Origin: Octopus vulgaris
Lineage: Eukaryota
Length of the DNA: 64,000 nt
NCBI GenBank assembly: GCA_951406725.2
Contig: OX597817.1
Location: forward strand, 19,592,001-19,656,000
Reading direction: 5' to 3'
A program made the position numbers and the translations under genes. Shown here in pieces: positions 26,766 through 39,975 of the stretch. A model generated the notes under the pieces. That model had not been told where the DNA came from. It saw only the letters and a list, made by a program, of their open reading frames with translations, and searched no databases. Within the stretch, counting starts at the first letter, position 1; each line of letters opens with the position of its first letter.

Positions 26766-27335
26766 CACCTAGACATACATGTATACACATACATGTACAT
26801 CTATAGAAATACATCTATACATATACAGCTATACATATACATGTATACATATACAGCTATATATATATACATGTATATATATATATATGTATATATATTT
26901 ATTTATTTATATACATATATACATCCATATACATATAATAGAGAGATGTTTTTGTTTCACTTTTAACACGTAAGACTGAAATAGTGGAAAAGGTATGATA
27001 TTGCTGTGGGCTCGCCCTAGGCAAGAAGTTAGAATTTTTGCCCATGACAATACATGGACCCTAAGTAAAGCACGTGTAAAATTTGAATGAAATTGGCTGA
27101 GTAGTTCTCAAGTTTTAGGAAAACACACAGACAGATAGGCAGACACATTCTCAGTTTTGTATATATATATAGGCGCAGGAGACGCTGTATGGTAAGTAGC
27201 TTGTTTACCAACCACATGGTTCCGAGTTCAGTCCAACTGCGTGGCACCTTGGGAAAGTGTCTTCTACTATAGCCTCGGGCCAACCAAAGCCTTGTGTTGG
27301 ATTTGGTAGACGGAAACTGAAAGAAGCCCGTCGTA

Positions 27336-27393
<58 letters not shown>

Positions 27394-27588
27394 TGTGTGT
27401 GATTGTGTGTCTGTTTTGTCCCCCTAACATTGCTTGACAACCGATGCCGGTGTATTTATGTCCTTGTTACTTAGCGGTTCGGCAAAAGTGACCGATAGAA
27501 TAAGTCCCGGCGTCGATTTGCTCGATTAAAGGCTGTGCTCCAGCATGGCCGCAGTCAAATGACTGAAACAACTAAAAGAGAAAGAGAA

Positions 27589-27631
<43 letters not shown>

Positions 27632-27954
27632 CATATATGCATACACACACATACATATATATTTGGAATTTACAAAAGAAACGAACAAAAGACGAAGACG
27701 GGTGTGTAAACAGCAAACAGGTTTATTAAAAATAGATATAGGGGACACAAGAATTTATTTATTCACCCCCATATAAAAATATTCCACGATATTAGCATCA
27801 TACATTAACCACCTCATACATTCTAACATTGAGTATAATTAACGATGATCGATAATTACTGAATCAACACCATAGAACACATATACTAAATTGTATAGGC
27901 TTTGCATCAAGGAATCGAGTAGCATACTATACGCTAATAATAGAAATAAAGACG

Positions 27955-29696
27955 TTTTCTTTATTAGGCACTCAGGCCACTAACACAGACGGGACACTAC
28001 AAGGATAGACACAACACCACAATGGGGACAAAAAAACACAAAATGAATGAGTATGAATATTATATACTAATGAAAGATGAATGACTGCATGGGCCCCACT
28101 CCTCATGCAGTACCATTTGAACACTTGTACACATAGTCACTATCTATTGTTTTTTCTTTCTTTAATTATGTTTTTTTCTAAAACATTTTCCTTTCTTTTT
28201 TCCTTTTTTTTTTTAAATACAATTAATTTTACTTTTATTCCTCTTTAACGCCTCTTGCTGGTGGCAGCTCATTGAACTCCACCAGTGCTCCGGCTGGGTC
28301 AATTTTACTTCCGCACATGTCTCCCAGTTTCTAATAGGTTTTTCTATCGACCACGACGGCGTTCACACTCTCTAGATACACGTCGTTTGATAACTTTACC
28401 CTTATAACGTGCTTAAACTTTACGATTTTTTTATCCACCTCCTCGTTCTTGAAATAGGTCACGAAATTCCATTTGTAACTCCCTCCGCTCGGCTTTCTCT
28501 TTTCTTCCTCCACTACCCTTCCTATTATAGATTCCTCTATACTCTTCTCTAAGTCTAGGACCTTCTCTTTCTCCGTCTTTACTGCAACCAGTTTTTCCGT
28601 TTCGTCCTCTTGTACTTGAATTCCTGAGTCTTCCCTCAATTTACCTATCATCTTCATATTTGTTTCCTCCTTCTCTGACTCTTTTTCACACATCTTCTCA
28701 ATTATTTTTTCCCTTTCCTTTATTGTCGTTACCTCTTTCTTTTCCATCCCTTTTTTCTTCTTTTTCTGATTAGTCGGTGGTGGGCTTACCCTGCCGCTCC
28801 TCCTTCTTTCTCTTTCCACTAGTGTGAATTCTTCTACCGCTGTTGTCTCATTATTCTCACCTGTTCGACATTTTCTGTAGTCTCTCTCTGTTCTTTTCTT
28901 GGGCATCTCACCTTCATGTGTCCTTTTTCGCCACATTCGTAACACACAGGTGGTTTTCCCACCACCTTCATTCTTTGTGCAAAACCGTCAGTTATCACTA
29001 TATCCTCTATTATTCTATTCAAGTCTTCCACTGTTGCCTGGATTGTTAGCTCCAACCCATTGCCCCAGTAGTCCAACATGTTCGTTCTGGTGGTCTTCAG
29101 TATTCTGGCCTCGTCTTCCATGTTGTACATAATGGCTGTCATTAGCCATGCTTCCTCAAACTCAGGGGGCACTTGGCCTACCCGAACTCTCACCACACGT
29201 TTGCCGCAAATGGATGGCAGAAAAATCACTCTTCTGGATGGATTGCCTCCATCGCATGCCTCACCGTTTCATCTTCCGATGTGAAACGCACATCTACAGT
29301 GGCATATTTTCTGCCTCTTGCTCGGAACGTTATTACGTTTTTCATATTTTCCAACACGTTCTCAATCTCCTCCACAGTTGCTATCTCGATTCACCCTGTG
29401 GTAACCTTCATGGTCTTGTATGTCACCGTCTTCTTCCTATCGTTGTCCATTAGTTCCTCTGGTGGCGTCAATTTTATCTTTTCTTCTTCCTTTTTCAGCA
29501 GCTTTTCACTAGTCTTCATCTTCCTGGGCTCTACCTTTATTTCAAAGTTCTCTAATGATTCCTTCGCTGCTCCTCTTCCAGTTGCGGCTGCATAGCTGTG
29601 GCCGCCCTCTGGCGCTTCTCCATTTTCCTCAACGGGAAAGTTTAACAACACAAAACTTAACGGTATAACAAACGATATTAACAACGGTTTTAACAA
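27955..29696 (-). pseudogene. Disrupted ORF1-only L1/Tx1-like element (unit B copy)
   Basis: ORF pieces 29391-29696, 28834-29229 (CCHC) and 28331-28945. Confidence 0.78.
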
Positions 29697-30309
29697 CAGC
29701 AGTAATCAACAATAAATTCTACTCACAAATACAACTCAACTTCTATAACTCAACTTATTAAATAAAGTTACAGACATTTTTGTATGTAGTAAGCATAAAT
29801 ATTTAGCGTCTTATAATTTTCTTAAATTTAAAATTTAATTTTTTAGAATATAAAATTTTATAGCTTTTTGAAAATACGATCCAATTAGATCATTAGATCC
29901 AATGAACATTTATGCACAAACCTGTAATCAATTTCTTTTTATAGTAGTATACAGAGTGGACAATTCCCATTGGCTATTATTTGCATGATTAACTAAAGTT
30001 AATCTTTCAATGATTTTCATTTCTTATTTAAACGTGGTAATCCTCTTGAAAAAACTTCAGGACCTCAAATAATGCTGTCACTTATCGATACTCAAAAACT
30101 GAACTTTCACCAACTGAATACTCACCATGTAGTGCCTTACTGCTTTTTGGTGGATTTTACCTCGAGAAAGGAACCCTGACGAAAGAGGGCTGAATTTCGA
30201 ATACTTCGACAACCACTTTTCTGAAACGGCTGCAGGTTAGGAAATAATTTTTAATTGCCTCTTTCAATTCAGGTTTTTATTTTCATGTTTATAGTCGTAT
30301 TTCATTATG

Positions 30310-30583
30310 TTTTGGGTTGTCCGGAAAGGTCGTTCCGATTTTTAAAGGAAAGAAAATGGCCAATAAATACTTGCCATTACATTTTTGATGAACCAAATCT
30401 GAACCATTTCGTTGCACAATACGTCTTCATCTTTCTTTTGCCTTGAAAATACCCGCTTCCCAGAATTGAGGTGGTTTCAAGGCAAATAATTCATCAAGGT
30501 ATCATTTGACGTCATCTAAGGAATTGAAATTTTCATCATTAAGACTATCCTGCAGAGACCTGAATAAGTGGAAATCCGAAGGA
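30310..30583 (-). mobile_element. Mariner transposase C-terminal fragment (copy 3)
   Basis: Matches 8355-8628 with a few substitutions. Confidence 0.85.
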
Positions 30584-32601
30584 TTTTTTGAGTAAAGTTT
30601 TTGAGTAAAGTTTTGGGTGAAAATTTTCCAAAAATTTTTGGTGAAAATTTTTGTGTAAAATTTTTGGTGAAAATTTTTGGGTAAAGTTTCCGGTGAAAAT
30701 TTTCGAAAACTTTTTGGTGAAAATTTTTGGTTAAAGTTTTGGTAAAAATTTTTGGATAAAGTTTTCGGTGAAAATTTTTGGGTAAAATTTTTGGTGAAAA
30801 TTATTGGGTAGAGATTTCGGTGAGAATTTTCGAAAAATTTTTGGTGAAAATTTTTTGTTAAAATTTTTGGTGAAAATTTTTGGGTAAACTTTTCGGTGAA
30901 AATTTTTGGGTAAAATTTTTTTGTGAAAAATTTTGTGTAAAATTTTTGCTGAAAATTTTTGGGTAAAGTTTTCGGTCAAAATTTTCGAAAAATTATTGGT
31001 GAAAATTTTTGGGTAAAATTTTTGGTGAAAATTTTTGGGTAAAGTTTTCGGTGAAAATTTTCGAAAATTTTTTGTCAAAATTTTTGTAAAATTTTCGGGT
31101 AAAGTTTTTGTTGAAAATTTTTGGGGAAAATTTTAGAAAAACTATTGGGTAAAGTTTTCGGTGAAAATTTTCGTAAAATTTTTGGGTAAAGTTTTCGGTG
31201 AAAATTTTCCAATACTTTTTGGTGAAAATTTTCGGAAAATTTTTGGTGAAAATTTTTGGGTAAAGTTTTCGGTTAAAATTTTCGAAAAATTTTTGGTGAA
31301 AATTTTTGTGTAAAATTTTTGGTGGAAATTTTTGGGTAAAATTTTCGATGAAAATTTTCGAAAAATTTTTGTGAAAATTTTTGGGTAAAATTTTCGGTGA
31401 AAATTTTCGTAAAGATTTTGGTGAAAATTTTTTGGGAAAAATTTTTGGTGAAAATTTTTGAGTAAAATTTTCGGAAAATTTTTGGGTAAAGTCTTGGGTG
31501 AAAATTTTGGTGTAAAATTTTTGGTGAAAATTTTTGGGTAAAGTTTTCGGTGAAAATTTTCCAAAAATTTTTGGTGAAATTTTTGGGTAAAATTTTAGTG
31601 AAAATTTTTGGGTAAAGTTTTGGGTGAAAATTTTTGAGTAAAATTTTCGGAAAATTTTTGGGTAAAGTCATGGGTGAAAACTTTCGAAAAGTTGTTGGTG
31701 AAAATTTTTGAAAATTTTCACCGAAAACTTTACCCAAAAATTTTCACCAAAAATTTTAACCAAAATTTTTCCAAAATTTTCACCAACAACTTTTCGAAAG
31801 TTTTCACCCAAGACATTACCCAAAAATTTTCCGAAAATTTTACTCAAAAATTTTCACCAAAAATTTTACCCAAAAATTTTCACCAAAATTTTACGAAAAT
31901 TTTCACCGAAAATTTTGCCCAAAAATTTTCACCAAAAATTTTTCGAAAATTTTCACCCAAAACTTTAACCAAAAATTTTCACCAAAAATTTTACACAAAG
32001 ATTTTCATCAAAAATTTTTTGAAAATTTTCACCGAAAACTTTAACCAAAAAGTTTTTCGAAAATTCTAACCAAAAATTTTTCGAAAACTTTTACCCAAAA
32101 ATTTTACCAAAAATTTTCACCGAAAACTTTACCCAAAAGTTTTGCGAAAATTTCAACCAAAAATTTTTCGAAAATTTTCTCTTAGAATTTTTCGAAAATT
32201 TTCACCAACAACTTTTCGAAAGTTTTCACCCAAGACTTTACCCAAAAATTTTGCGAAAATTTTACTCAAAAATTTTCACCAAAAATTTTACCCAAAAATT
32301 TTCACCAAAAATTTTACGAAAATTTTCACCGAAAATTTTACCCAAAAATTTTCAGCAAAACTTTTTCGAAAATTTTCACCCAAAACTTTACCCAAAAATT
32401 TTCACCAAAAATTTTACCCAAAAATCTTCACCAAAATTTTACGAAAATTTTCACCGAAAATTTTACCCAAAAATTTTCAGCAAAACTTTTTCGAAAATTT
32501 TCACCCAAAACTTTACCCAAAAATTTTCACCAAAGATTTTACCAAAAAATTTTCACCAAAAATTTTTGGAAAATTTTGACCGAAAACTTTACCCAAAAAT
32601 T
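30584..32601. repeat. Satellite block 6, polarity flip at ~31710
   Basis: As block 4. Confidence 0.95.
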
Positions 32602-32843
32602 TGTTCTATGGTGTTGATTCAGTAATTATCGATCATCGTTAATTATACTCAATGTTAGAATGTATGAGGTGGTTAATGTATGATGCTAATATCGTGGAAT
32701 ATTTTTATATGGGGGTGAATAAATAAATTCTTGTGTCCCCTATATCTATTTTTAATAAACCTGTTTGCTGTTTACACACCCGTCTTCGTCTTTTGTTCGT
32801 TTCTTTTGTAAATTCCAAATATATATGTATGTGTGTGTATGCA

Positions 32844-32890
<47 letters not shown>

Positions 32891-33086
32891 TTCTCTTTCT
32901 CTTTTAGTTGTTTCAGTCATTTGAGTGCGGCCATGCTGGAGCACCGCCTTTAATCGAGCAAATCGACGCCGGGACTTATTCTATCGGTCTCTTTTGCCGA
33001 ACCGCTAAGTAACAAGGACATAAATACACCGGCATCGGTTGTCAAGCAATGTTAGGGGGACAAACACAGACACACAAACACACACA

Positions 33087-33130
<44 letters not shown>

Positions 33131-33294
33131 TACGACGGGCTTCTTTCAGTTTCCGTCTACCAAATCCACTCACAAGGCTTTGGTTGGCCCGAGGCTATAG
33201 TAGAAGACACTTTCCCAAGGTGCCACGCAGTTGGACTGAACTCGGAACCATGTGGTTGGTAAACAAGCTACTTACCATACAGCGTCTCCTGCGC

Positions 33295-36112
33295 CTATAT
33301 ATATATATACAAAACTGAGAATGTGTCGTCCTATCTGTCTGTGTGTTTTCCTAAAACTTGAGAACTACTCAGCCAATTTCATTCAAATTTTACACGTGCT
33401 TTACTTAGGGTCCATGTATTGTCATGGGCAAAAAATTCTAACTTCTTGCCTAGGGCGAGCCCACAGCAATATCATACCTTCTCCACTATTTCTAAAATTT
33501 TCACCCAAAACTTTATCCCAAAATTTTCACCAAAAATTTTACCCAAAAATTTTCACAAAAAATTTTTCGAAAATTTTCACCGAAAACTTTACCCAAAAAT
33601 TTTCACCAAAAATTTTACCAAAAAACTTTCACCAAAAATCTTACGAAAATTTTCACCGAAAACTTTACCCAAAAATTTTCACCAAAAATTTTACACAATA
33701 ATTTTCACCAAAAAATTTTTCGAAATTTTCACCGAAAACTTTACCCAAAAATTTTGACCAAAAATTTTACCTAAAAATATTCACCAAAAATTTTTCAAAA
33801 ATTTTCACCGAAAACTTTACCCAAGAATTTTCACCAAAAATTTTACCCAAAAATTTTCACCAAAAATTTTACACAAAATTTTCAACAAAATTTTTTCGAA
33901 AATTTTCACCCAAACCTTTACCCAAAATTTTTCGAAAATTTTCACCGAAAACTTTACCCAAAAATTTTCACCAGAAATTTTACCCAAAAATTTTTACCAA
34001 AAATTTTTCGAAAATATTCAACGAAAACTTTACCCAATAATTTTCACCAAAAATTTTACCCAAAAATTTTCACCGAAAACTTTACCCAAAAATTTTCACC
34101 AAAAATTTTAACAAAAAATTTTCACCAAAAATTTTTCGAAAATTTTCACCGAAATCTCAACCCAAAAATTTTCACCAAAAATTTTACCAAAAAACTTTCA
34201 CCAAAAATCTTACGAAAATTTTCACCGAAAACTTTACCCAAAAATTTTCACCAAAAATTTTACACAATAATTTTCACCAAAAAATTTTTCGAAATTTTCA
34301 CCGAAAATTTTACCCAAAAATTTTTTGAAAAATTTTAACCAAAAATTTTCACAAAAAATTTTACACAAAGATTTTCAACAAAAATTTTTCGAAAATTTTC
34401 ACCGAAGACTTTACCCAAAAGTTTTTTGAAAATTTCACCCAAAAATTTTTCGAAAATTTTCTCCAAGAATTTTTCCAAAATTTTCACCGAAGACTTTACC
34501 CAAAAGTTTTTGAAAATTTTAACCAAAAATTTTTGGTGAAAATTTTTCGAAAATTTTCACCGAAAACTTTACCCGAAAGTTTTTTGAAAATTTCACCCAA
34601 AAATTTTTCGAAAATTTTCTCCAAGAATTTTTCCAAAATTTTCACCAACAACTTTTCGAAAGTTTTCACCCAAGACTTTACCCAAAAATTTTCACAAAAT
34701 TTTACACAAAGATTTTCATCAAAAATTTTTCGAAAATTTTCACCGAAGACTTTAACCCAAAAGTTTTTTGAAAATTTCACCCAAAAATTTTTCGAAAATT
34801 TTCTCCAAGAATTTTTCCAAAATTTTCACCAACAACTTTTCGAAAGTTTTCATCCAAGACTTTACCCAAAAATTTTCACCCAAAACTTTACCCAAAAATT
34901 TCACCAAAAATTTTACCCAAAAATTTTACCCAAAAATTTTCACCAAAAATTTTACACAATAATTTTTCACCAAAAAATTTTTCGAAATTTTCACCGAAAA
35001 TTTTACCCAAAAATTTTTTGAAAAATTTTATCCAAAAATTTTCACCAAAAATTTTTCGAAAATTTTCACCGAAAACTTTACCCAAAATTTTTCGAAAACT
35101 TTACCCAAAAATTTTCACCAGAAATTTTACCCAAAAATTTTTACCAAAAATTTTTCGAAAATATTCACCGAAAACTTTACCCAATAATTTTCACTAAAAA
35201 TTTTACCCAAAAATTTTCACCGAAAACTTTACCCAAAAATTTTCAACAAAAATTTTAACAAAAAATTTTCACCAAAAATTTTTCGAAAATTTTCACCGAA
35301 ATCTTAACCCAAAAATTTTCACCAAAAATTTTACCCAAAAAATTTTCACCAAAAATTTTTCGAAAATTTTCACCGAAAACTTTACCCAAAAAATTTTCAC
35401 CGAAAACTTTACCCAATAATTTTCACGAAAAATTTTACCCAAAAATTTTCACCGAAAACTTTCCCCAAAAATTTTCACCAAAAATTTTACCCAATAATTT
35501 TCACCAAAAATTTTTCGAAAATTTTCACCGAAAGTTTTACCCAATAATTTTCACCAAAAATTTTACCCAAAAATTTTCAGCGAAACTTTACCCAAAAATT
35601 TTCACCAAAAATTTTACACAAAAATTTTTCGAAAATTTTCACCGAAAACTTTACCCAAAAATTTTCACCAAAAATTTTTCGAAAATTTTGACCGAAAACT
35701 TTACCCAAAAATTTTACGAAAATTTTCACCGAAAACTTTACCCAAAAGTTTTTCGAAAATTTTAACCAAAAATTTTCACCAAAAATTTTTCGAAAATTTT
35801 CCGCAAGAATTTTTTAAAATTTTCACCGAAAACTTTACCAAAAAGTAAAGTTAGGCTGGATTGTAGCCACACTTCTATACAAGAGTCAGGACAAGATACA
35901 ATTGATCGAAATTACAAGAGACGGGCTAGCAATTCCAGTCTGTTATATATTTTGAGTATTGTTATCACTAGCGAAATCAAGATATAACTTTGGATTTTGT
36001 ATTTTATGTGTAAATGTATATATATAGATGTAGATGTAATATGTACACATATATATACACATATATACATGCACTATCACTATAACCCGGCAAAGACGGG
36101 TCTTTAATGCTA

Positions 36113-36113
<1 letters not shown>
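33295..36113 (+). mobile_element. Helitron-like element enclosing satellite block 7 (33493-35844) (copy 4)
   Basis: 5' arm at 33295; hairpin plus CTAG at 36110-36113. Confidence 0.6.
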
Positions 36114-36160
<47 letters not shown>

Positions 36161-36730
36161 CACCTAGACATACATGTATACACATACATGTACATCTATA
36201 GAAATACATCTATACATATACAGCTATACATATACATGTATACATATACAGCTATATATATATACATGTATATATATATATATGTATATATATTTATTTA
36301 TTTATATACATATATACATCCATATACATATAATAGAGAGATGTTTTTGTTTCACTTTTAACACGTAAGACTGAAATAGTGGAAAAGGTATGATATTGCT
36401 GTGGGCTCGCCCTAGGCAAGAAGTTAGAATTTTTGCCCATGACAATACATGGACCCTAAGTAAAGCACGTGTAAAATTTGAATGAAATTGGCTGAGTAGT
36501 TCTCAAGTTTTAGGAAAACACACAGACAGATAGGCAGACACATTCTCAGTTTTGTATATATATATAGGCGCAGGAGACGCTGTATGGTAAGTAGCTTGTT
36601 TACCAACCACATGGTTCCGAGTTCAGTCCAACTGCGTGGCACCTTGGGAAAGTGTCTTCTACTATAGCCTCGGGCCAACCAAAGCCTTGTGTTGGATTTG
36701 GTAGACGGAAACTGAAAGAAGCCCGTCGTA

Positions 36731-36786
<56 letters not shown>

Positions 36787-36981
36787 TGTGTGTGATTGTG
36801 TGTCTGTTTTGTCCCCCTAACATTGCTTGACAACCGATGCCGGTGTATTTATGTCCTTGTTACTTAGCGGTTCGGCAAAAGTGACCGATAGAATAAGTCC
36901 CGGCGTCGATTTGCTCGATTAAAGGCTGTGCTCCAGCATGGCCGCAGTCAAATGACTGAAACAACTAAAAGAGAAAGAGAA

Positions 36982-37024
<43 letters not shown>

Positions 37025-37347
37025 CATATATGCATACACACACATACATATATATTTGGAATTTACAAAAGAAACGAACAAAAGACGAAGACGGGTGTGT
37101 AAACAGCAAACAGGTTTATTAAAAATAGATATAGGGGACACAAGAATTTATTTATTCACCCCCATATAAAAATATTCCACGATATTAGCATCATACATTA
37201 ACCACCTCATACATTCTAACATTGAGTATAATTAACGATGATCGATAATTACTGAATCAACACCATAGAACACATATACTAAATTGTATAGGCTTTGCAT
37301 CAAGGAATCGAGTAGCATACTATACGCTAATAATAGAAATAAAGACG

Positions 37348-39088
37348 TTTTCTTTATTAGGCACTCAGGCCACTAACACAGACGGGACACTACAAGGACA
37401 GACACAACACCACAATGGGGACAAAAACACAAAATGAATGAGTATGAATATTATATACTAATGAAAGATGAATGACTGCATGGGCACCACTCCTCATGCA
37501 GTACCATTTGAACACTTGTACACATAGTCACTATCTATTGTTTTTTCTTTCTTTAATTATGTTTTTTTCTAAAACATTTTCCTTTCTTTTTTCCTTTTTT
37601 TTTTTTAAATACAATTAATTTTACTTTTATTCCTCTTTAACGTCTCATGCTGGTGGCAGCTCATTGAACTCCACCAGTGCTCCGGCTGGGTCAATTTTAC
37701 TTCCGCACATGTCTCCCAGTTTCTAATAGGTTTTTCTATCGACCACGACGGCGTTCACACTCTCTAGATACACGTCGTTTGATAACTTTACCCTTATAAC
37801 GTGCTTAAACTTTACGATTTTTTTATCCACCTCCTCGTTCTTGAAATAGGTCACGAAATTCCATTTGTAACTCCCTCCGCTCGGCTTTCTCTTTTCTTCC
37901 TCCACTACCCTTCCTATTATAGATTCCTCTATACTCTTCTCTAAGTCTAGGACCTTCTCTTTCTCCGTCTTTACTGCAACCAGTTTTTCCGTTTCGTCCT
38001 CTTGTACTTGAATTCCTGAGTCTTCCCTCAATTTACCTATCATCTTCATATTTGTTTCCTCCTTCTCTGACTCTTTTTCACACATCTTCTCAATTATTTT
38101 TTCCCTTTCCTTTATTGTCGTTACCTCTTTCTTTTCCATCCCTTTTTTCTTCTTTTTCTGATTAGTCGGTGGTGGGCTTACCCTGCCGCTCCTCCTTCTT
38201 TCTCTTTCCACTAGTGTGAATTCTTCTACCGCTGTTGTCTCATTATTCTCACCTGTTCGACATTTTCTGTAGTCTCTCTCTGTTCTTTTCTTGGGCATCT
38301 CACCTTCATGTGTCCTTTTTCGCCACATTCGTAACACACAGGTGGTTTTCCCACCACCTTCATTCTTTGTGCAAAACCGTCAGTTATCACTATATCCTCT
38401 ATTATTCTATTCAAGTCTTCCACTGTTGCCTGGATTGTTAGCTCCAACCCATTGCCCCAGTAGTCCAACATGTTCGTTCTGGTGGTCTTCAGTATTCTGG
38501 CCTCGTCTTCCATGTTGTACATAATGGCTGTCATTAGCCATGCTTCCTCAAACTCAGGGGGCACTTGGCCTACCCGAACTCTCACCACACGTTTGCCGCA
38601 AATGGATGGCAGAAAAATCACTCTTCTGGATGGATTGCCTCCATCGCATGCCTCACCGTTTCATCTTCCGATGTGAAACGCACATCTACAGTGGCATATT
38701 TTCTGCCTCTTGCTCGGAACGTTATTACGTTTTTCATATTTTCCAACACGTTCTCAATCTCCTCCACAGTTGCTATCTCGATTCACCCTGTGGTAACCTT
38801 CATGGTCTTGTATGTCACCGTCTTCTTCCTATCGTTGTCCATTAGTTCCTCTGGTGGCGTCAATTTTATCTTTTCTTCTTCCTTTTTCAGCAGCTTTTCA
38901 CTAGTCTTCATCTTCCTGGGCTCTACCTTTATTTCAAAGTTCTCTAATGATTCCTTCGCTGCTCCTCTTCCAGTTGCGGCTGCATAGCTGTGGCCGCCCT
39001 CTGGCGCTTCTCCATTTTCCTCAACGGGAAAGTTTAACAACACAAAACTTAACGGTATAACAAACGATATTAACAACGGTTTTAACAA
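37348..39088 (-). pseudogene. Disrupted ORF1-only L1/Tx1-like element (unit C copy)
   Basis: ORF pieces 38783-39088, 38226-38621 (CCHC) and 37723-38337. Confidence 0.78.
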
Positions 39089-39701
39089 CAGCAGTAATCA
39101 ACAATAAATTCTACTCACAAATACAACTCAACTTCTATAACTCAACTTATTAAATAAAGTTACAGACATTTTTGTATGTAGTAAGCATAAATATTTAGCG
39201 TCTTATAATTTTCTTAAATTTAAAATTTAATTTTTTAGAATATAAAATTTTATAGCTTTTTGAAAATACGATCCAATTAGATCATTAGATCCAATGAACA
39301 TTTATGCACAAACCTGTAATCAATTTCTTTTTATAGTAGTATACAGAGTGGACAATTCCCATTGGCTATTATTTGCATGATTAACTAAAGTTAATCTTTC
39401 AATGATTTTCATTTCTTATTTAAACGTGGTAATCCTCTTGAAAAAACTTCAGGACCTCAAATAATGCTGTCACTTATCGATACTCAAAAACTGAACTTTC
39501 ACCAACTGAATACTCACCATGTAGTGCCTTACTGCTTTTTGGTGGATTTTACCTCGAGAAAGGAACCCTGACGAAAGAGGGCTGAATTTCGAATACTTCG
39601 ACAACCACTTTTCTGAAACGGCTGCAGGTTAGGAAATAATTTTTAATTGCCTCTTTCAATTCAGGTTTTTATTTTCATGTTTATAGTCGTATTTCATTAT
39701 G

Positions 39702-39975
39702 TTTTGGGTTGTCCGGAAAGGTCGTTCCGATTTTTAAAGGAAAGAAAATGGCCAATAAATACTTGCCATTACATTTTTGATGAACCAAATCTGAACCATT
39801 TCGTTGCACAATACGTCTTCATCTTTCTTTTGCCTTGAAAATACCCGCTTCCCAGAATTGAGGTGGTTTCAAGGCAAATAATTCATCAAGGTATCATTTG
39901 ACGTCATCTAAGGAATTGAAATTTTCATCATTAAGACTATCCTGCAGAGACCTGAATAAGTGGAAATCCGAAGGA
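39702..39975 (-). mobile_element. Mariner transposase C-terminal fragment (copy 4)
   Basis: Shares the variants of copy 3. Confidence 0.85.

Larger units (their letters stand above)
22201..32600. repeat. Macro-tandem unit B (10,400 bp)
   Basis: Same module order as unit A; SINEs at 22505-22892 (-) and 27172-27575 (+). Confidence 0.93.
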
